A model generated the notes under the pieces. It was not told where the DNA came from. It was given only the letters and a program-made list of their open reading frames with translations, and searched no databases. A DNA stretch of 64,000 nt. It comes from Blasia pusilla. Taxonomy: Eukaryota. Numbering within the stretch: position 1 is the stretch's first letter; every line of letters starts with the position of its first letter. Location of the stretch: contig CM114271.1 in NCBI GenBank assembly GCA_050084515.1, positions 11,904,001 to 11,968,000 on the forward strand. The letters are read 5' to 3'. Made by a program: the position numbers and the translations under genes. Shown here piece by piece: positions 38,276 through 51,372 of this stretch.

Positions 38276-40022
38276 AGTTTCGACACTATTTATTGGGTTA
38301 CGAATTTGTTTTCCATGTCGACCATTTCGCGCTCAGACCATTAATGGTAAAGGCGGACTTGTCCGGTCGTATTGCGCGATGGATACTTCTGCTCCAAGAA
38401 TTCACATTCGATGTGGTCACCCGTGCCGGTAAGGTGCATACCAATGCCGATTTTCTTTCCAGGTTAAGGATGACGAACGCGGACCTCACCTAGTCCGTCG
38501 ATGATACCTTTCCTGACGAAGACCTGTTTCATATTACAGAAGACCGGTTGTGCAAGTCCTTTTATGAGGATATTTTGCGTTTTTTAATTACTTTGCAACT
38601 TCGAGGCCCTATGACAGCGGAGGAGCGCGCAGTTTTCTTACATAAGATAGGACCATTTGAGATATGTCAGGGGATCCTATTCAAATTAGGTGCGGATGAA
38701 GAGTATCGACGATGCTTGGAAGCAGACGAAGTTCCCCAAGTCATCAGAGCCATGCATACGGCTGATTCTGGTGGACATTATGCGGTAAAAAATACCGTCA
38801 AGAAAATCTTGGCCGCACGTTATTGGTGGCCAACTATGTACAAAGATGTAGGTCACTTTATCCAGAGTTGTGATGCCTGTCAAAGAGCAGGTCGACCCAC
38901 CGCAACCTCCCGGTGGCCTTTGGTACCTATCATGCCCCTAGCCCCTTTTGAAAAATGGGGTATTGACTTTGTAGGACCTATCTCCCCCGCTACTCGCCAA
39001 ACACGGCGGAAGTATATTCTCATAGCCACCGACTATTATACTAAGATGGTCGAGGCCGTGGCCACGCGCAAAGATGACAGCGAAGCAGTGGCCAAATTTT
39101 TATACGAGATGATTATCACTCGTTATGGCTACCCATTGGAATTAGTAAGTGATCGGGGCACTCAATTCTTAAACAAGACTATTGAGTCTCTCACTTCCCA
39201 CTTTTTGATTAAGCATCGGAAAACCACGCCCTACAACCCTAAAGCCAATGGGTTGACGGAAAAATCTAACGGCCTGATCTGCCGGATATTGAATCGATTG
39301 ACGGTCACCTATTCCTGTGATTGGGACATGAAAATCTCCGCGGCATTGTGGGCATACCAAACAGTGGAGAAAGTCACGACAAAGCATACCCCGTTCTTCC
39401 TGACTTATGGTGTTCATCCCTTAACCCCTATTGAATGGGCTTTGCCCACTTATCGAGTACTGGAAGGGACGAGAACGGAGGCCGTCAACGAAGTTTTCCA
39501 AGGACGGAATGAGACATTAGTTGCGTTGGAAGAAGCACGTACGTTGGCGTTACGCCAGACGGAACATGTCCAAAAAGCACGCAAACAACGTTACGATCGA
39601 CATCTCCGGCCACATTCGATAAGCGTTGGAGACCTGGTGCTGTTGTACGATAACCGGCGACTCAAGTTCCCCGAAAAATTAAAATTAAATTGGATGGGGC
39701 CCTACCAGGTATTGGCCATCTATGATAATGGATCCCTACAGTTGGGGACCTTACAGGGAGAGTCCCTACCCACGCGGGTCAATGGAATGCATGTGCGTCG
39801 GTATTATGAGCCTCAACCTTATGCGGACTGAAACCGGAGGAAGGGGGGTAAGCGCATGCCTCTAGCTTCGTAGCGAAGAGCGAAGAGCGAAGCAGCAAAG
39901 CGCGACGGTTCTTGAAAAGCGAAGCAGCAAAGCGCCCAACTAACTGTAGCAGTTCCAACACCAACAACAACAGCCGAGCAGGGACTATATAAGCGTCCTT
40001 ATGGAACCAGACATGTCATTTC

Positions 40023-41710
40023 ATGGACAGGGTAAACAAGAAGTTGCGGAGCAGACCAGAGCATAGCGTTCACCGAGCGCGACGTACAGCCATGCCTCGC
40101 GAAGACTCCACTCCCATTCTGCGAAGTGCGGCAATGCCGATGATCAAGCTGTCCCCCGAGCTGGTCGAAGCATTGGAAGCGCGCTCTTTGGCAACGTTCT
40201 TTCAATCCAATTGGACACTTACCTTAGGAGAAGTCCTCGGAGAGCTTCGTTCCTCAACGGCAGCAGCCAAGTTTTGGAAGAAGGGTCTTCGATATCGCGC
40301 ACAACCCCAACAGTGGACGCCGGATGATTGGTGAGCCACGTACATGCTTCCGGCTGCTCCAGAATATGAGTACGATACTGAGCTCTTGGTAAAACACGAA
40401 GAATTTTTGGCACTCGGCTGTGTCAAGTCTGATCGTCTGTGCAAGAATGGTTACAAGGCTACATCGCTGTCTCCACCATTATTTGGACAGTTTTGTAAGC
40501 ATGTGATGACGTTATTTTATCCTGCTCAATCTTACTACCTAACCAACAAGCTCGTCAAGATTTGGTACCTTCTTTGGAATCAGCACTTGGATCCCCAGGC
40601 GCCGGGAGTTGACTTTGCTTCCTTTGTCGACGGGAACGTACGAAACATGCTGGAGGTGCTTCATCCAAGCACGAAGTCCTACTTATCGCCTTTTATAATC
40701 CACTTGTATCTTCATAAGCAGGAATTGACGTCGGACAAAGCACTCAAGTGGTTGCAGGTCACTCTGGTTTGCTTACCAAGAATAAGCGGAGCGGGCACTA
40801 GTGGAAGCCGCAAAGCCACACCACCAAACGAAGCAGCCCTAAAGCACCATCCTCATGCTTTGGCTTCGCGCAAAGTCGAAGATGTCATCGAACAGCCAAG
40901 ACCGAAGCGCGGAAGGGTCAACTTTGAAACGCCATCAGAACCAGAACCTGCTACTCATGAGGACTCCGATGAGATGCCTCGTGCTAGCGATCACCACCCT
41001 TTCCTTCGTTTGATGTCTTAGACAACCAACGATATGGTGTGGTTCTTGAATATAGCGGTTCCGGTCATAAATCAACTGCAAGACATCCTCCACCTAGATG
41101 ACACAGCGTCAGTGGAAGATTATTTACAAGCCCTGGATGACCTCAACTGTAGGGCTCAAGCTTCGTCAGAAAACGAAGCACAGCGTCGAATAGCAGAAAC
41201 CAATCTTCACGTTCGGGATCAAGAACTCAAAGATACGAAGACCACGCTTCGCAAAGCTCAAAGCGACTTAGTTCAGTGTCAGTACGAAGCACAAAATGCA
41301 CGCCAATGGGAGAGCTTGGCGATTAACTTGGAGTGTGGGGCTGATCAGTTAGCTTCGCAGATCAAGGAAGCTTCGCACCTTATTGACCAATATCGACAGC
41401 AAATACATTGTGTGCAGTGCGAGTTCAAGAAATTGGTCACCCAACATGCTGAGTCCTCGAAACTGCTTCAGGAAGAGCAAGAAACGAACAAAGACTTACT
41501 GGCCGAATAGTCAGAGGTCACAGGGAGGATTGCGGTATTGGAAGCGGAGCAGAAACTGCTTAACAAAGTGCAGTTAGACCCCGAAGATGTCAAAGAGTTA
41601 GTCGAGGAAGCTGCCAAGAGTTTCGAAGAACAAATGAATGAAGAAATCGACTACATCAACAAACATTGGAAGCGCCAATTCGACAACCATACAAAGTCTC
41701 TTCCATAAGT
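40023..41710 (+). pseudogene. Extra ORF between integrase and 3' LTR (unknown function, C-terminal coiled coil)
   Basis: In-frame segments 40023-40334, 40344-41021 and 41034-41510 separated by single stops. Preceded by TATATAA near 39986. Confidence 0.6.
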
Positions 41711-41984
41711 TGTACCCACTCTTTCCATTACTCTTGAAGACTTACCAGTATTTAATCCATCTGACGTCTTAGTCCACAACGAAGTACTAGGGAGTAAATT
41801 AGTTGTTAACAAGTCGCGAGAAAGAATGCGCAATCATACTCCTAACATTATCAACAAACCTTCTACGATTCACGATCGTTTTGCATCTACCCCGGAGTTC
41901 GATAGTTTAGAGGCTACTCTTATGGAGATAGGAGAAACATCATGAAGTGTTCGCCGGGGCGGCTCACATTTGAGGGAGGGGGTA

Positions 41985-43206
41985 TGTGATACCCAAAATT
42001 TTGTACTCTTGAAGAATATATCTTTTTATTCAACGAAGACTCTTGTATGTTATGATTTTGATTATGATTATTTATTATTATGAAGAAGAATAAGTGAATC
42101 ACGAAGCTCCAGGGACAAGGCAGAGAGATGGAAGATCAAGGATTTGCCTTAGAGGAGAGGAAAACGCAATAACGAAGTCTCAAGACTCAGAATGAAGCTT
42201 AACGAAGCCTAATGAAGATGTACGAAGCTCTGTTTTTGAAGTGCTTCGCTACATAACGAAGCATCACGAAGAAAAGAAGAACGAAGTACTTCGCTCTTTA
42301 ACGAAGCACGAAGTACGAAGCACAAGAAATAAGAACGAAGCATGGAGTACTTCGTCCTCCTGAAGTCCAACGAAGCAAAGCTAAGAAGGACTGTGATTTC
42401 AAGAGACACATGTTAAAACAGTTAGACTAGGAAAGGGCACGACCCTTTGTATCAAATTGGTAGTTAGAACAGTTTTGTATTACGGATTCAGAGGGATCAT
42501 AGGAAGAACTAAGAGAACCATAGATCTAGGTAGTTAAAAACAGTAAAGAGACACTAGCTTCATGAAGAACGTTTCGAATCTTAGGATCACTTCCACTCCA
42601 GCGAATATTTAAGAAGCAAAGCTGAAGTCATTATCATCATTCTCTTATGAAGTCCTTATGTTGTAGGAATGGTCCGAGCAAGAGAGTAGTACCCTCTCGA
42701 GCTTGTATACACTTTGAAGCTTTCTCGTTCTTGATGGAGTAGTAAAGCAGTCATTCATTCATTCTGATGTGCGATGCTTATGTCTGAGTATTCTTTTTGG
42801 GTCTGCAGAATGAGGAATGAATCAAGAGAACCTTTCTCATCAGTGAAATAATCAACATGAGTTGTAGGAAATCTGTTTGACAGAGAGTAACCTGCCGAGA
42901 CGGATTGAGTTCCGAAAGTAGGAGAAGCCAGCTTCTGTGTTGAGATCTCTGTGAGGTTTCTTGATGTCGAGAGGAAAATCTACCTAAATATGCTGTCAAT
43001 TCCACTAGAGAGAGCCGAGAAAAGATCCTTTTGGTACTAAGAAATATCAGAAGATATTGATAAGACACTGAATATAACTCACACACCTTTAAATACAATT
43101 ATTACAACAGAATTGTAATTCCAAACTCTCTTTTCATCAAGCAATGATCCTCTTGGGGACCGAACTTACTAAATCGACTATAAAATAGAAACACTTGTAC
43201 ATTACA
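41985..43206 (+). repeat. 3' LTR of element C (1222 bp)
   Basis: Follows PPT GAGGGAGGGGGTA; TG...CA ends. Confidence 0.92.
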
Positions 43207-44560
43207 ATATGTAATGCCATTGCCTCTTGACCATAATGGTCATCCACAATTGTGAAAAACTACCTGAATAGATGGGTTGGTAATATCCTTCCCATCCACC
43301 ATTCCCTATAGGGAGGTCTTGTCAAGGAGGTTTGTCACCTCCAAGGCTTGGTTTTGAGTTGTAGAATTGCTAATTCCCTGGTTGGAATCCAAGTTTTTGC
43401 TCATTGCTCATTGCTCCAAGGTTTTGCTCTTGTTTGTAGTATTGGTGGTGCATTGTTGTGTCTTCTAGGTACTGATGTCGTGGCCTTTCCTTCCCTGAGT
43501 TCATTCCAAAGACCATTGTTGCAGGCAGCCAGAACCTTCTCTCTTTCAATGGGGATTGTTGCTCTTTGCTTGGTGGTCAAATTTGGGAAGATACGGATAG
43601 TGGATCCTTTCAGGACTGCTTTATTGCGGAGGATGGCCAACCTCGTTTCCATCGCTGGTCCCCGTTATGAGGGATCAAATTGTACCAATATTGGTGTTGG
43701 TTGGTCCCCTGTTCCTTTCCCAAGTCTGATCCTTATGAAGGTGACTGTTGGTGTGAGCCCTAGAGTTGTGAAGATCTTCTCTTGCAAAACTGAATTACAA
43801 TCTTCTTCTTTGGTAAAGTGCAGCCCTATGATAACTAAATTGAGTTCCCTGGTTTTCCTTTCCTGGATTTCTAGGACCCTATCTGCTTGCTCTTTTGCTA
43901 CCTCTTTGGCTACATGTGTTGCAACCTCATTGATTTATGTTGTGGCCCTGTGCTTTCCCACTACTTCTGTCCAGGTTCTCATAGGATTTGCAAAGTTATT
44001 CCTAGTTAAACGCAACTCTTGCATTATCTTCCCAAGCTGAGTGTTATCCTCTTTGAAGCAGGCAGCTAAGTCCTTCTTCAATTGCAAGTTCTCAGCCCTC
44101 AAAGTGACTAGCTCTAATTCCAGAGTTGTCTTCTAAGCCGTCCATCCGAGAAGGTTCGATTCCTTGCTGGACATCCATCTCCCCTGCTCTTCTTTTGCTT
44201 CCTGCATCATTGTATTCCATGCCAACATCTGGTTGGCCTAAAAGCTTTCCCATTTTCCCTCTAATTCAGAGAATTGATCGATAATGGATGCCACTTCCAT
44301 ATATGGTATAACCTTTGTTGAATGTGTGACAAGTGCGTGTAGTCGTTCCTTGTCACATTGCCTCATTTTTTTCTTCACATAGTGGCAAGAATTTGGTGCA
44401 ATCAATCTGCGTGAACCATTTGATCTCACTGATCATCCACTATCCCTGCTCTTCGTCTGCTTGAGGGAAAGATCCTTGACACTGGTCGTGTCTTGGACCT
44501 TCTCTGGCGAGGTTTCTAATGCTGGTTGTTTTGTAGTAGTCACGAGTGCAGTGTTCACTT
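43207..44560 (-). pseudogene. Degenerate LINE ORF1-like sequence (coiled coil plus RRM-like part), cut by the element C LTR
   Basis: RELNLVIIGL and RLAILRNKAVLKGSTIRIFPNLT resemble L1-type ORF1 motifs, with coiled-coil-like sequence upstream. Confidence 0.5.
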
Positions 44561-46077
44561 GATTTACTGGTCTATGTGCTCATGCAAACAATTAGATAGG
44601 GTGTGCTTTTCTCTAGAGAAAACATAGCCCTGTCTATGGAGAGGTACAAAAGGGAGGTCAGAACATGAGAATCGTCTCAACATCCTTGGCTTTTGCCCGC
44701 ATGGTTAGGTAGGGTCGTCCATGGAGGTGAAGCCCGATTTTGCTAGGAGCTTATGGTCCTTGAGACGAGAGAAGGGTTTGAAGTAGGGAGACTCTGAAAA
44801 CACGGTTGGAATTTGACAGAAACGTTGCGAGGCAGACTTGCTCTAAGAGAACTCGGAGTTATGGAGAAGGAGACAAGTCGAACATGGAAACCGATTCAAA
44901 ATCTTGGTCAGTCCATTCTTTCTTATGGCATACAGGGTTGCCCAAGGATGTAGATGCATATTGTGCAAAAATATCTTGACCCATAAGTCCAAATTTGATT
45001 TTACTGATTGAAATCTCACAAAATTGAGAAGAAGAGAGATAGGGTTGCCCATTGAGATTATGTGTGTAGATCACCAGCCGTTTTGTGGAGATGGGCCTTT
45101 CCTTCAAGCTGGAACCACCCTCGACTACCATAGCCCTCCAGTTGTAAACACGTCTCAGATCTTAAGACACCTGGTTTTTGTGGCAAGCCAAGTATTGGCC
45201 TCCTCTGCCCTTGATAGATGCCTTGAAGATACATTGATTGCCGTTCATCATCCGAGTAACCCCAGCAGAAGATGTGAATTCAAAGCCCAAAGTCTGCGAC
45301 ATGATCTTAAATGAGACAAAGTCTCGTGGAACGATACATCGAAAATGATCATGTGGAACCGTGGTCTCCTCATGTAGACCAGATTGAACTCGCTGCCCAG
45401 TCCGAACTCCGGGGCCTTTGAGCGTCTAACATAAACATGCCGGTATTTCCCCGGCTTGGGGATCTTTGGGCTTTGGTATGCGCCTTTGATAGGTGAACGA
45501 TACTCCTCACAAGCTTCGGAGGACGGAGATATGTTGGGCTCAAGGCCGCTGATTATATGTAGAGGTTTGGCAAACAACTGATTTAGGATCTGGGAAGAAT
45601 GTTTAAGCTCCCGGCCGAGAGTCTAGATAGGGACTCGCTGTCCTATTTGTGCAGAGGGGCGCCTCCAAGCGGTGGTGCCCAAAGAGAGCCCGCTTGTTAC
45701 CCCCAGAGATCATCACTACCGCCAAGGTGAACAGCCCTGGCATTAAGTCGCAGAGCAAGGCCCGTGAATCCGGTTCAAAAGAAGGAGAGGTCTCCATTTC
45801 TCCAACTAAGTCCACTGATACCTTACTTGTGGCACAAGCGCCACAAGTCACATGGATTACATGACACACTAATCCACACCTACCAACCAGGGAACGACAT
45901 CGCAAGCTCACTACAGTTCCAACTACAGCAATGGCCAACTCGACAGAGAGTATTGCTATATTGCTTGCACACGGTTCACTCATTATAAGTTACCCAAGAG
46001 CAGTGCTTTAGAACATGTCGTCCCAACATACCAGGCCTGTCAGGACTTGTAGTTTTGGGGTTTAAACCCAACCAGGC

Positions 46078-46287
<210 letters not shown>

Positions 46288-46299
46288 GATTTCACAAAC

Positions 46300-47900
46300 T
46301 TAGGCAGGACTTTGTATAAATATGTTTTGGGCCTTAATCCAATATCTGCGCAAAGTCAAAATATGTTGAATCGAAGCCCTATGAAATCTGAGGACTCATT
46401 GATGATAGTTGATAAGGAGCCTCTTGAAACTGTAGAAGATTAGGATGAAAAGCATGGTGTGTCTCTCAAGGAAAATTGGCTAAGGCTATTTTCAAGAATG
46501 CAATAGCAGCTGTTCCAAATTTGTGCAAGTGTTTGATTCCTTGGAATTTGAGCAGAGAGAAGAACTCCAGAATCTGTAAACGCGTTTAATACATGATTTT
46601 CCAGCCAACGAGAGCAGTTGGGATTGGATTGCAATAAGGCATGGAGCAAGGAAAAAATTGAACGAAGATGAGAGCATTGTGGAAGGTCAAAGGAGAGGTA
46701 TCAAGATAAAATTGAGTTTCTCTTGTAACTTTTTGTGTTGTGGAAGTCAAGTAGTTATAGGACTTAAGTTCATGTTGATGAAAATGGAAGTGATAGCTCA
46801 CATTGTGGGAGGTCTTTCTAGACTAGAACGATGTCTGCCATTTCATATGGTTCTAGAGATAATCTTGGGTAATTAATGCAAGCCTTGTTTGAGCACCTAG
46901 TCGAGTTCATGTATGATCAAAATTTAATCCAAGTGTGTAGAGCCCATCATGTGCACAGAACCGATAAGAAACCTTTCATCAGCAAGGTTTGTAGATCCAA
47001 GTAGAGATATGCCTACGTGGTAGCAATTGCATGGAGCACAATTAATGTAAAATTTTGTTGTGTTGGATGTTGTATTTTATGCTTTTTCATAGACCAGCAA
47101 AGGTGTATTCTTAGCTATGTATCATGGTCAGAAGTAGTCATGTGAAGGATTGGGGTTGAAGACTTCACTGAGTTTAGATCGTTTTGCACGTTCTAATCAC
47201 AGAGAACCTTGTTGATCCTTACTGGAATGTATATCCCTGTCCTGTGTACAGATGTTTGTAGAAGCCCTTAAATCCATTCCCTCTGTGCACATGTATGAGC
47301 ATATGTAAAGTTTTTGTTAGACCTTCTAAGTGATAGTACAACAGAATTTGGCGCCCATGGTGGATAGGATGGTATTGGTAACAGTATTAGTGGGCATAAG
47401 CCGCATGAAGTTGTGGCTACTCTCCTTTCTCTGTCTGAAAGAGCCTTGGCTTATGGCAAAGTCTCTTTGGTTTTCCAGACATTTTCCCTCACATATGAAA
47501 GCAAGACTAGCTTTTCTTTCATCTCAATCACGAAGTGATATCTTTCTCGGCTTCTGTTCTTGGCGGTTTTTTATTGGTTTGTCTTGTCTTTCTGTGTCAA
47601 ACTGAAAATTAAAGTTTTGTGAACTTCAAGCTTCAGGAATATGGGCGAAAGGATACCCTTGATGTGGTTATCGGGATGCTAGAAAGGGCTATGGGAGGTG
47701 GTGTTGGTGGAAAGGTTGGAGCATAGCTAGCTTGCGCATCTGTGGAGTGGATTCTTCACTCACAAGGGATCAAGCAAGCTCGGCTGGTTTACACACGGTA
47801 AGATATCTTGGGGTCCCTAATCATATTGTGATACTAAAGTTCATGACTAAAATATTTCAAGTAATTCCCAATGCTTTCGGTTTCATCCAAGTCCCTTACG
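46300..47900. pseudogene. Highly degenerate LINE-like ORF2 remnants
   Basis: Isolated motif VRYLGVP (~47797-47817) and decayed coding-like composition only. Confidence 0.25.
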
Positions 47901-50789
47901 TGATTGATGTAGGCTGATGGAAACAGTCTCAACTACTAGTGTCAATTGGATTTTTCCTCCCGAGACCTCGATGTCACAAAGAAGAGTTTGACCAAGATTA
48001 ACCTTTGGAGGGTAAAGGCGTGAAAGTGAGTATTGAGAAGGGCCCTCCTTGTAGTGTTACTAGCCACTACACATAATGTTTAGATTTCTTGAAGATTTTG
48101 AAGAAAGCATACTTCTTTTTTTTTGCCCCCTCTAGACTTGAGGTGAAAGAGAGGAACATTCTCCGATCCTGCCATGATCAAGTAGTGTTTGTTATAGCCT
48201 TCCAATCATACATTCAAAGGGGAAATATATCTTAAGTCTTAATTTAGATGACTGACAACTCAAGCCTTAGTATGGTGTATTTTTTCTGTTCTTGAGCATT
48301 TTCAGAATCAAAAGTCACAATCCTTATGATTTCATTTCCTTCAATGTTCCTTGACAGTTTTCTGGCTCTTCTACGTCCAAGTGTGGATTTGTTCAAAGAG
48401 TGTATCAGTATTGAGACACGGAAAGTGGAGGCTAGCTGTATGGAAGGGGTTTACGATATGAGAAAGCCCTTCAATAATGTTGTTCAACTGTTTGGGGAAA
48501 CCGACACTGATCTATGGCTCATGTACTATAACGAATAGATTAAGGTGGGGAACAATTGAATTTCCATTGAGCTTCACTGGTGCATATTCTTTGTATGAAC
48601 AATTGAGACATCTGCAAGTAACTCATACTCTCATTAAATTGAACTGCATTTGGTGTGTTACAGTTTCTTCATGTGTTATAGATCCTGAAAGCAGAGCAAT
48701 TCCAAGAACTACGCCTAACCCCAGTATCTAGCACTCTAGCTTTTGCACTTGAACAAACCTTTTCTTGTTTCATTTCCATTCAGTATTTGCTAAGGAAGAA
48801 TTTTGTTCTCTTGTAAGTATTGCTCGGGCATCTTAGCCTTGGGTGCATCAGAATATAGTTTTTGTTTATAGCTTAGCTTTTTTAATTCATCTAGGGCGGA
48901 AATATAGATGCAGCAAAGAATATTTATTGGCGAGCAAAGAAAATGTCGAAAGATCCTTCTAGTTTCATTGAGGGACACCACATGTTGTGAATCTAAATCA
49001 ATTTTGATCGTAATGCTCATACTCCATTCTATGCTTGTGTTTGTTGATCCCAATTACAGGGAAAAGAGCTCGCTCGTGAGCAAGAACTCAAGGCCGAAAT
49101 GCAATTAGAGTTGTGTGGATCACAAAAGATTGGTCTCAGGTCTTTGAGTTATTTTTCACTAGCATATGCTACGAGTTTGGGTGATAGCTTACGCCAAGCC
49201 ATGGCCATGCTTTTCTAAATCAATTCAAAAAAGCACGTCGATGGCTTGGCGTAAGCTGTCGATGGGACGGATTGCCCGGTCGATGGGACGGATTACCCGG
49301 TCTCCTGAAACGAGGCTCGGTCCTCTTACTTGACTAAGTTCTTAAGCTCGATGTCCTTCAACTATTTGGAGTTGTGATTGTATGTGCTACAGCAGAAACC
49401 TAGGGATGGAGAAGATGAGATTTCCAACTAACTCGCTATTTTGCAGGTGAGAGAGTCGTTAAGTAGTTCCAATTGTAGTCTTGTGCGATAGATCTCGCGC
49501 CTTGATTGGATTATGCTAAAGATTGGGATGGATGCAGAGGCAAGAAGAAGTAAAGAAAGTAACACGTGACATGAGGAAGACTATCATAAAGTGCGAGTGT
49601 TGATGCGGAGCTTCTAGGTATTAGCCAAGGAATTCTCTAGGACAAGATAAAGCTAGCCCGATTTATTTGAATCCTCTAAAGCTGATTCTTCCTAGTGCAA
49701 CAGATTTGGACGGTTAATCTAGGCTATTGAACCTGATATACGGCTGGTTGATGCTAGCTTATCAATTTCATCGATGTTTGTTTATCTTAGTGTTTTTAAT
49801 TTCGTACAAGTCAACATAGAATGACAATAGGTGTCAACCCGCTGTCACGTAAGGTACGGAAGTTTCATTGCGTTTATATTCTTGCTTTTCTGGAATCTGA
49901 TAGGAGAGATTACTCATGCGACTAGGGTCATGATTACTGATAAACTCTCAATGTGGGAGGAATATGATCAGATTTCTGATGGAATGGATCTCCATTGGTA
50001 CTTTTCTAAAAAATGTGTATGCCATATTTCCATTCTTCTGCAATTTGATTCCAGCAGATGAAGTCACCTTAACCTTGCACTAGCTTGGTTGCAGCTGTGG
50101 TCGTCCTCCTATGGTTTTTGGATTTGAGCCTTGAACCCAAGGGCCAGGACCCCAGGTAGATGCATTGAGAAAGGTGATGCAGTAGAGTAGGGTTTCATTT
50201 TGGCACCCAACTACCTAAGCTCCATAGGTGCAGGCCCCCGTCAATTCCTTTGGTAGGGTCGGTACCCATCTCCCATGTGGAAGACATATACCTCCCTCCG
50301 AACCATACGTGCCACTTCTCTTTTGAGCTGAATTTAATGGCTTAAGACACCTTTCTGGTCTGTTGGATATGAGAATCAGAAATTGTGCTAATCTAGAATG
50401 AGATCTTACTTTTAAGACACTCATAATATGTTCTTTTTGCATTTCATCCTCTTGTAGTTGAGTTGCCATGTTGCTGGTTGTGTGCCCTTTTTCCAGATTG
50501 TATTTTATGCTTAGGTGTATGCTTTAGTGTTGCAATTGAAAACAAAAATGGACATGGGGATTTCAGTAATTCAGATCCAATTACAAATGAAAGATCTTTC
50601 AAAAGGCATTAATAAATTCATCTAAAACTCCAAAAAGGAAATCTACATTCACTACTATTGATATCAATATTAATGGTGCAGTGAGCTTTCATTCCTACTT
50701 TTTCCAATTGCAATGACTATGGAACTCATTTTTTCTTGTCCGCAACTCCCACAGTCGTAATGTTATGTCTACACCAGTTGTATGGCCTT

Positions 50790-51372
50790 CTACTCTAGTC
50801 ATGTGTCACTACACAGCGAGTGATTAAAGGTGACTACATGAGTACATTATAGCATTGGAAAAAATTGGAATGACTTCACGAGTCGCTAACTACGACTGAA
50901 CCTGAAAACTTAATGATTGGTGGAGACATGACTATTACTGCCAAGTGGATTCCTCACCCATGGGGTATACCTGTCACAATTTCATTGGATATTTTGTACT
51001 TTTACATGACCAAACATGACCACTGTAGTCATTGGTGGTAACTAGACAGATACCCTAGATATGACTACACGAGTTGTCTTCCATAGTCCACATCATCATT
51101 GACATGTCACACCAATTAGTCCACGTCATACGTTGACGTGTCATTATTCCACATCATCTAAGTGATGTGTCAATCATGGCTTCATGACTACACCCTCTAG
51201 TCATATACCAGCGTCCACCTAAGCCGACCATCCTAGTTAGCCTAGTTTCCACCCAAATATGACTTGGCTTTTGTGTCTAAAGTAGTCGTTAGTCATTTCC
51301 AATCGTGGAATCTAAAGTATATCTTGTATGAGTCATATAACCCAGTTATAAAACCAAGGATTTCTTCTAGTG
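50790..51372. repeat. CACTA right subterminal repeats and terminal TAGTG
   Basis: ATGACTAC/GTAGTC motifs; ends TTTCTTCTAGTG. Confidence 0.8.

Larger units (their letters stand above)
33372..39831 (+). pseudogene. gag-pol: Element C gag-pol (gag, CCHC knuckles, protease, RT, RNase H, integrase), frameshifted and interrupted by a solo LTR
   Basis: PTFAG, CYNCGAADHWANN, CGNCKKGGHTAVEC, IDSGSG, LLIGRPWL, CQDYRKLN, LDGYSGYNQ, FLDDF, TTEREALG, WGIDFVGP, SDRGTQF, NGLTEKSN and WMGPY. Confidence 0.92.
31913..43206 (+). mobile_element. Athila-like (non-chromovirus) Ty3/Gypsy element C with ~1.2-kb LTRs and an extra 3' ORF
   Basis: Near-identical LTRs at 31913-32951 (5'-truncated) and 41985-43206 (TG...CA). 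PBS at 32969-32986, PPT at 41972-41984, gag-PR-RT-RH-INT order. Confidence 0.92.

Noticed and set aside
43348-44040. 230-aa hydrophobic ORF resembling a membrane protein
   Set aside because: Antisense shadow of the K/E/Q-rich LINE ORF1-like sequence on the minus strand.
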